A DNA stretch of 63,215 bases, counting the filler, from Perkinsus chesapeaki ATCC PRA-425 (Eukaryota > Protista > Perkinsozoa): the NCBI GenBank assembly GCA_013115145.1. It is 6 parts of 6 records of this genome, joined end to end, with 100 filler letters (N's around TTAATTAATTAA, not from the genome) between each part and the next. Parts side by side here need not be neighbours in the genome. Positions count along the whole stretch, not along the records: positions 59,474 to 61,762 come from JAAPAO010001635.1; positions 61,863 to 63,215 come from JAAPAO010002022.1; 4 more parts are not named here. One strand, 5' to 3'. Shown piece after piece: positions 60,519-63,215 of this stretch. Positions within the stretch are counted from its first letter, which is position 1, and each line of letters begins with the position of its first letter. Position numbers and translations under genes: made by a program. The notes under the pieces were generated by a model, which ran no database searches, was not told the DNA's origin, and saw nothing but the letters and a program-made list of their open reading frames with translations.

Positions 60519-61762
60519 TATGGTACTACCACAAATGACACTTCAATAATGATTAGCTCCTAGAATATAGTCCCTCAAGAACTTTTAAAGTTCAACTTTA
60601 CTATTTAGACTTGCAGTGCGCTAGGCGCATGCCCAAGACGGAATATGTTGAAGGCCTTTTTGAAAACGGAAGCTGGCGGTTTCGATAACGGTATCCGATC
60701 ACCATGCGGACATTTGATAAGACTTTACTAAAGTCACTTTAGGGCCCTCTCTCGTAAGGAGGTCTTCAACGTTGTCTCTGTATACTGTGCGAACATTTGT
60801 AAGGCCTTGTCCATGAAGCTCCCGACGGTAGCCTCCGGACACCACGCCGCCTATTAATGCTGACCCCGCTCATCTTACCTTGTCTCATGTCTTCTTGTTA
60901 ACACCCTTTCTTGGTATCGCCATTTCGTTTGTGTTCGTCAACCTCTACTCTTGAAATGTTAGCCGCAGGTACCAGTATAGCACTTTTGACCCCATTAGTG
61001 CTCAAGTCGTTCCCTCAAGGTCGTCCCAAACAGGTGTTTGGCTTATTACTTCGTAGCACAGTTACACGGGATCAGACGCTTATAACGTGCTCGCTTTCCT
61101 GTTACGCCTCCCCGCATGGTTAAGGCTGAGACACTCGTAATGCAAATACTGTAATGACTTTAGGAAATACGTACGAAACGGCAGCATGATATGAGCAGTG
61201 TACCCTCGTCAATATCAGGCCGTTCTGTACTGACTGTATTGTAGCATTTTTGTGTTCTCACGGTCTGTGAGTTGTGAGCAGTTGTGAGTCACTGACCGTA
61301 GGATCTCCATGTATGGTCATCCCACGTAAGGCATTCGATAACTACATTACTTTGCCATCTGTCTCACAGTGGAACTCTCACTCAGTGGTGAAGGCTGAAC
61401 CCTGCGCAGAGGCTTTTTGGCATAGGTTGGAGTTTCGAATACAAATATACAGTATTAACGGGATCAAGTTACAATTAGTAGTTTCATGCCAGTGAATTGC
61501 ACTCACATCTGACTCTAATTACTTGCTCACAGGATCCGTACAATCATCATATAGTTTATAGCAAAGTGGCTCATGAGATGTGCAGTCGCGTAGCTTTAAT
61601 CGGCCTTGCGAAACACTTGGTATACTCCCTGAATACTGAGTAAATCGACACATTCTCAATAACCTCCTGTGATAAAGGATGTCTCCATCCAGAATAATTA
61701 GACTCATGGAGCTTGCAAACACGGAGAGTATACTGCATCTCAGCTAGTATGATGAGACTTTA

Positions 61763-61862
61763 NNNNNNNNNNNNNNNNNNNNNNNNNNNNNNNNNNNNNN
61801 NNNNNNTTAATTAATTAANNNNNNNNNNNNNNNNNNNNNNNNNNNNNNNNNNNNNNNNNNNN
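61763..61862. other. Assembly gap with linker
   Basis: N-run with TTAATTAATTAA. Confidence 0.98.
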
Positions 61863-62121
61863 TCGTACAGACATTAGGGCGAAGCTTCGCTGTGATCGAC
61901 AGTGAAGAGGCAGGCAGCTTGGCAAAAGAAACCAAGCAAAAGCGGATTTAGTCAGGCAGACTCACTCATCGAGGGTATTCATTCCCACTATTGGTTAGCT
62001 TAATCCTTCATATTGATATATACCATAGTATATTCGGACTTAGCCGCATTAAGTCAGTTGGTTCGTCCAACATTCAAGCAAAACTTTACATCCGATTTTG
62101 CTGGATTGGATTCTTGAATAG

Positions 62122-63215
62122 GAAATACTGATCGGTATGGAAATGTGCATCATTTCTATCAGTCGGCAATTCCCGCCAATCGACCAAAACAAATGTGCCA
62201 ATGCGGTAGAGGCCGAGATGGGCACCTTACCACTTTGCTTCCCTGGTACGGCAAGAGTCCGAGTTAAAGGAAAAGGGATGATAACAATGGACAAGTGAGC
62301 TGAAATGTCTCCACCTTAACTGGAGTTGCTTACAAAGTCAGCTTGGAAGTCGGAGATCTCGTGCTCACTGCGGACACCAATGGCACAGTTAGTTTTCAGA
62401 AGATGGTTGCCTGGTTGCATTACAGTCCTGACGAGGTGAATCAGAAGCATAACAGATCAACATCCACCTCTTTGAAGTTGTGATTGAAATCAATGGAGTT
62501 GAGACTTCTTATCCTTACTTAGAGCAACATTCTTTTTCAGTGAAGAAATTTCTCTTCTCTTGTTTTTAAGCGGATCAGTTCCACGACAGTGAATCATCCA
62601 AGTTGTCATCTCTTTATCTCAGCTGGCTTCGTTTATACAGCTGCACGGGAAGAAGAAAGTATCGGTGACTCTATCGGCGGACCACTTAATTTACGATGCC
62701 ATAAGGACGACGTTCGTCACAGCCTCCCACGCTCGCACGATAACGACTTTGGACCCCTTGGATGGAGCATGCAACACCACAGTACATTTAACCGGCTCCG
62801 CCACAGTTCATTCAAGAGGTATGCAGCCCACGCGACAGTGCAAAAATCCAAAGAGAACGTGGAATTCGTTAACTGTCAATGTAGAGTTGACCGTGGTATG
62901 AAAAATCGGGTTCCAATTCCAACCTTGGCTCTTTGATAGACAATGGAGTTTCCTGCTCTTCAACTATATGATCATACCGTGACTCCTACGGTATCAAAAT
63001 GAGTACCTTATTCAGGTATTTTCTGTCCGCTTACATCGAATGGTACCATAATAGTAGATGATGCCCTCTGCAGCTGTTTTGTCTCGCCGAAAGGGTTCCA
63101 TTTCACAATAAGGTGAATGTTTTCATTGATATCTGTCCAGTTTTTCCCTCAGTCACCTTCACGGTCTCATCGCCACGGCTCCCCTTAGGCTGCTATACCA
63201 CAATTACAATACTCC
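62122..63215 (+). CDS. Hedgehog-type Hog (Hint + SRR) autoprocessing domain protein, incomplete at both ends
   Basis: GT-AG introns 62295-62341, 62436-62622, 62819-63015 and 63113-63152 give in frame ...GTLPL-CFPGTARVRVKGKGMITMDNLEVGDLVLTADTNGTVSFQKMVAWLHYSPDELASFIQLHGKKKVSVTLSADHLIY...RGIFCPLTSNGTIIVDDALCSCFVSPKGFHFTISHLHGLIATAPLRLLY. Confidence 0.9.

Noticed and set aside
62436-62622. Apparent frameshifted or stop-containing Hint block (FEVVIEING…LILT*)
   Set aside because: Lies in a 187-nt GT-AG intron. The true block B (TLSADHL) is in the next exon, so the gene is not a pseudogene on this evidence.

Overview
Eukaryotic, intron-rich genomic scaffold made of six contigs joined by 100-nt N gaps with a TTAATTAATTAA linker. 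The short GT-AG introns, secreted-protein families and intronless subtilisin suggest a perkinsid alveolate such as Perkinsus; this is inferred, not searched. The ORF track misses most genes because exons are short, so gene models were spliced by hand and some boundaries are approximate. Recognisable content: a duplicated small secreted-protein gene, a Cys-rich/mucin secreted protein, a MITE next to tRNA-Ser(GCT), a membrane thioredoxin (WCGHC), a coiled-coil gene, ARL5, a UNC93-like MFS protein, four tandem diacylglycerol-kinase-like genes (two with signal peptides), an intronless aspartic protease, a CWC25-like gene, a Munc13/PATROL1-like gene, NAT9, a subtilisin fragment, and a five-exon Hedgehog-type Hog (Hint + SRR) autoprocessing protein at the right edge. 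The most notable signals are the Hog gene, tRNA T-arm-like sequences sitting right at the 5' splice site of five introns, apparently secreted DAG kinases, and recurring chains of perfect palindromes with a 1-nt spacer.
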